Shown in pieces: positions 61,662-64,000 of a stretch of DNA of 64,000 nucleotides. The DNA is from Nitrososphaerota archaeon (lineage in GTDB: Archaea > Thermoproteota > Nitrososphaeria_A > Caldarchaeales > Caldarchaeaceae), in the NCBI GenBank assembly GCA_041641305.1, contig JBEPYN010000002.1, forward strand, positions 32,001 to 96,000. The letters run 5' to 3'. Both the position numbers and the translations under genes were made by a program. Position 1 is the first letter of the stretch, and the number at the start of each line of letters is the position of its first letter. Below the pieces are notes generated by a model. It did not search any database, was not told the origin of the DNA, and worked only from the letters and a program-made list of their open reading frames with translations.

Positions 61662-62516
61662 GTGCAATGTATATCTCTATTAGCAACCCAGGGGCCGCTC
61701 TTGGTAGATGCAAACCCATGCATCCTATTGCTGGATGAGCGCGTGGTCTACGACTATAGGGTATCAAGTTTGATTAGTTTCTTGCAGGATAGTACTGCCT
61801 TCGGCCGTGAAGTCTTTTGCCTTTATCTCAATAGCAGGCCCGTCGACTTGCTAGGTAGCCAGCCACCATCCCTAGGCGGCAGAATCAAGGTTTTGAAAAG
61901 AATGATTGTTAATCCTGTTGAACCGGCGGAGAATCGAAGCTCGCTTAAGGAGGCCTTGCTCAGCTTTTTTGCGGCGGTAGGGATTAGGAGCGGGGTTAGA
62001 CTCGGCGTCTGGATATGCGCTATGTCGCCAAACCTTTACCAGTACCCATTGGAGGCCTTCTATTGGGCCCTCTACCTCGTCGGTTATGAGATAGCGTTTG
62101 TTAGGAGGCTGCTATTATCGGAGGATGAAGCATATGAGGTCCCCCACACGCTAAGCTTCTCCGCACGCTTCGCAAATGAAAAGGTGCGGGAGCTTCTGCT
62201 GATGGCTCTAGCTTATCTAAGCGTTTTCAGTAGTGGTAGAATCCACTCAATAGCTAAAAAGATAGAAGAAGTAATTCCGGGCAGGTACGGTGACTCTGAT
62301 ACGATACGCAAGGCTTTGAAGCCGACTCTTGAGGACGCCTATATGTACTCTCTGGTAGAAAAGCTCAAGCCCCGCATCAAATCTATTGAGTTCAGTTTAA
62401 CGCGATTCGGGAGGATAGTTACAGACGCAATTCTGGACAGGGACATACTCGACCACTTACCCAACGATGACGTACGTGGCTTCGTGAACCTGATTGCTGA
62501 GGAGGCTCGCGGATGA
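61662..62516 (+). CDS. Hypothetical protein (defence island)
   Basis: 284-aa ORF divergent from drmA, ATGA-coupled to next gene; possible C-terminal wHTH (SLT.FG). Confidence 0.65.
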   Translation: MQCISLLATQGPLLVDANPCILLLDERVVYDYRVSSLISFLQDSTAFGREVFCLYLNSRPVDLLGSQPPSLGGRIKVLKRMIVNPVEPAENRSSLKEALLSFFAAVGIRSGVRLGVWICAMSPNLYQYPLEAFYWALYLVGYEIAFVRRLLLSEDEAYEVPHTLSFSARFANEKVRELLLMALAYLSVFSSGRIHSIAKKIEEVIPGRYGDSDTIRKALKPTLEDAYMYSLVEKLKPRIKSIEFSLTRFGRIVTDAILDRDILDHLPNDDVRGFVNLIAEEARG

Positions 62517-63844
62517 GAGGGTTGGTAAAAATTTGCATCGAAAACTGCATACCAAGGGAGAGGGGGTGGTTTGTTGAGGTTAGGTGGGGGGAGATAGCCT
62601 ACCTCGGCCCGAAGAGTGATGAGGAATACATGGTAGCTGTTGAGGCATGCGGTGAAGTTGGTGGGACAGAAACGCGCGACTCGTTTGTCCTCGACGACCC
62701 GGTGATGAGAAATTCTTTCATAACCCTGCTCAGGACAAAGAAAATCAAGGTTCACTCCTTGGAAGATCATGCCATCTCTCTAGAGCGATACATTGAGGCG
62801 GCATACGAGTCGATAAAGCAGCAGCTCCCGCGGCTGCATTCCGAGTACCCGCGGGGGCCGCTCGAGGTGCTTGACACGCAGACAAGGAGGTGGAAAATAC
62901 TTGAGGACGCCTGCGATGCGCGGTATAAACCGTTCTCAGTTCTCCGTGGAGGAGGCGCTTTTTATGTCTCCTATGGCGGCGCTTTTAAGAAGGTTGGCAA
63001 GCGCGAGGCGTACATAGTAGCGCTTAGGGAATACACCATGAAAAGCGTGAGGCTAGCCCTATCAGATGGGGGGTACTTTGGGGTGAACCTGTCTGAGCTG
63101 GGGCAATTGCCAGATGAGGTGTTCAACGCCCTCGTTAGGTTCCAGCAAAAACTTATCAAGGGCGCCGCCATCCTGCTATACCGCACCCCCGCCCTATCGG
63201 CGGTATGCAGGGTGCTCGCCATAGCCAGGGTGACCCCTATCCTCACAGAGGGGGTCGTCAGGTTGCGCCGTATGCATGGGTACAAGGAGGTTCCGATAAT
63301 GGGCACCAAGCTTTGGGCAAACCTAAGCATCATATCCAGGATATTTGAGGGCTTGGGGTATGGGGTTGAGTCGGGGGATAGATGCATTACGGTTGAGCGG
63401 GATGGCTACAGGCTGGCCATCTATGTTTCCAACGAGAAGCGGTTTATCGCCGGCGAGCTGGAGGACGGCTCCAAAGCCGTCTTTTTACCTGCTCCGTACC
63501 TGGAAAGCTTCTTAGGCCTATTGGAAGCGTTGAAGAATATGCGCACGTGGGGCTTCGCTCTGATAACTGGTGATGCGTGGCCCCGCGTTATGCAGTTATT
63601 ATGCATTCTATGCAACAGCGTTGGGCCGGGAGATGAAAAAGCTGTCGCTGAGGCATTAGTGCTTGCAAGGAAGGATGAGGGCGTTATGGACGCTATCAGG
63701 AGCAACATCAACATTAAAACCACAGCGTTGAATGCTTTAGAGTCGGCATTGGTTGGAAAAAGCAATACCGTCCTAGATAAGCTATCACAGGAAGAGCTGC
63801 GCAAGCTTTGGAGGCTGGTCAGAGCGGGCCCTAGCCCCCAATAA
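62513..63844 (+). CDS. Hypothetical protein (defence island)
   Basis: 443-aa ORF, coupled overlap with upstream gene; no motif recognised. Confidence 0.7.
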   Translation: MRGLVKICIENCIPRERGWFVEVRWGEIAYLGPKSDEEYMVAVEACGEVGGTETRDSFVLDDPVMRNSFITLLRTKKIKVHSLEDHAISLERYIEAAYESIKQQLPRLHSEYPRGPLEVLDTQTRRWKILEDACDARYKPFSVLRGGGAFYVSYGGAFKKVGKREAYIVALREYTMKSVRLALSDGGYFGVNLSELGQLPDEVFNALVRFQQKLIKGAAILLYRTPALSAVCRVLAIARVTPILTEGVVRLRRMHGYKEVPIMGTKLWANLSIISRIFEGLGYGVESGDRCITVERDGYRLAIYVSNEKRFIAGELEDGSKAVFLPAPYLESFLGLLEALKNMRTWGFALITGDAWPRVMQLLCILCNSVGPGDEKAVAEALVLARKDEGVMDAIRSNINIKTTALNALESALVGKSNTVLDKLSQEELRKLWRLVRAGPSPQ

Positions 63845-64000
63845 TGTTGAAATATTTGCAGATTTTCCTGGCAGGGCACTTTGAGCATTCGGGGTGATGG
63901 TGCTTACATACCAAGGAGCCGAAATCTAGAAGGGCGTAGTTGAGCGCGCGAGGGTTCATGCCCCTAGTCCTTAGCGCCTCCTTTAATCCAGCCAGCTCGT

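Noticed and set aside
61567-61767. Extended N-terminus of the DrmA ORF
   Set aside because: Overlaps the divergent gene head-to-head and looks non-coding; ATG 61566 is more plausible.

Overview
Archaeal chromosomal segment. Gene content (AglB, Cdc6/Orc1 with ORB boxes, PAC2, intron-containing tRNA, A-type AtpK, NirK) suggests a TACK archaeon, possibly Caldarchaeum/'Aigarchaeota'-like; this is inference from recognition, not a database match. 1-8.3 kb: N-glycosylation neighbourhood with aglB flanked by two paralogous beta-propeller/Thr-rich surface proteins and a small membrane protein resembling eukaryotic OSTC/DC2. 9.3-11.2 kb: tRNA-Gly(CCC) with an aberrant anticodon loop, tRNA-Leu(CAA) with a D-arm intron, and a deletion-fused GH57/GlgE remnant. 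11.3-27 kb: Mo/W ABC transporter with ModE, TusA/DsrE, an orphan Csx1-like CARF-HEPN gene, CytX and nucleotidyltransferase/kinase genes. 27-36 kb: guaB-purA-purB (purB appears to start at ATA), nfi, cdc6 and a probable replication origin. 37-48 kb: metal-response genes, ABC exporter, low-GC cassette, SCO-nirK with regulator, cysM-JAMM. 48-64 kb: defence island with an IS1595 remnant, a frameshifted N6-adenine MTase plus PLD-SNF2 helicase converging on drmA-drmB-drmC, and two unrecognised divergent genes, i.e. a rearranged DISARM-like system. All calls come from motif recognition by eye; no searches were run.
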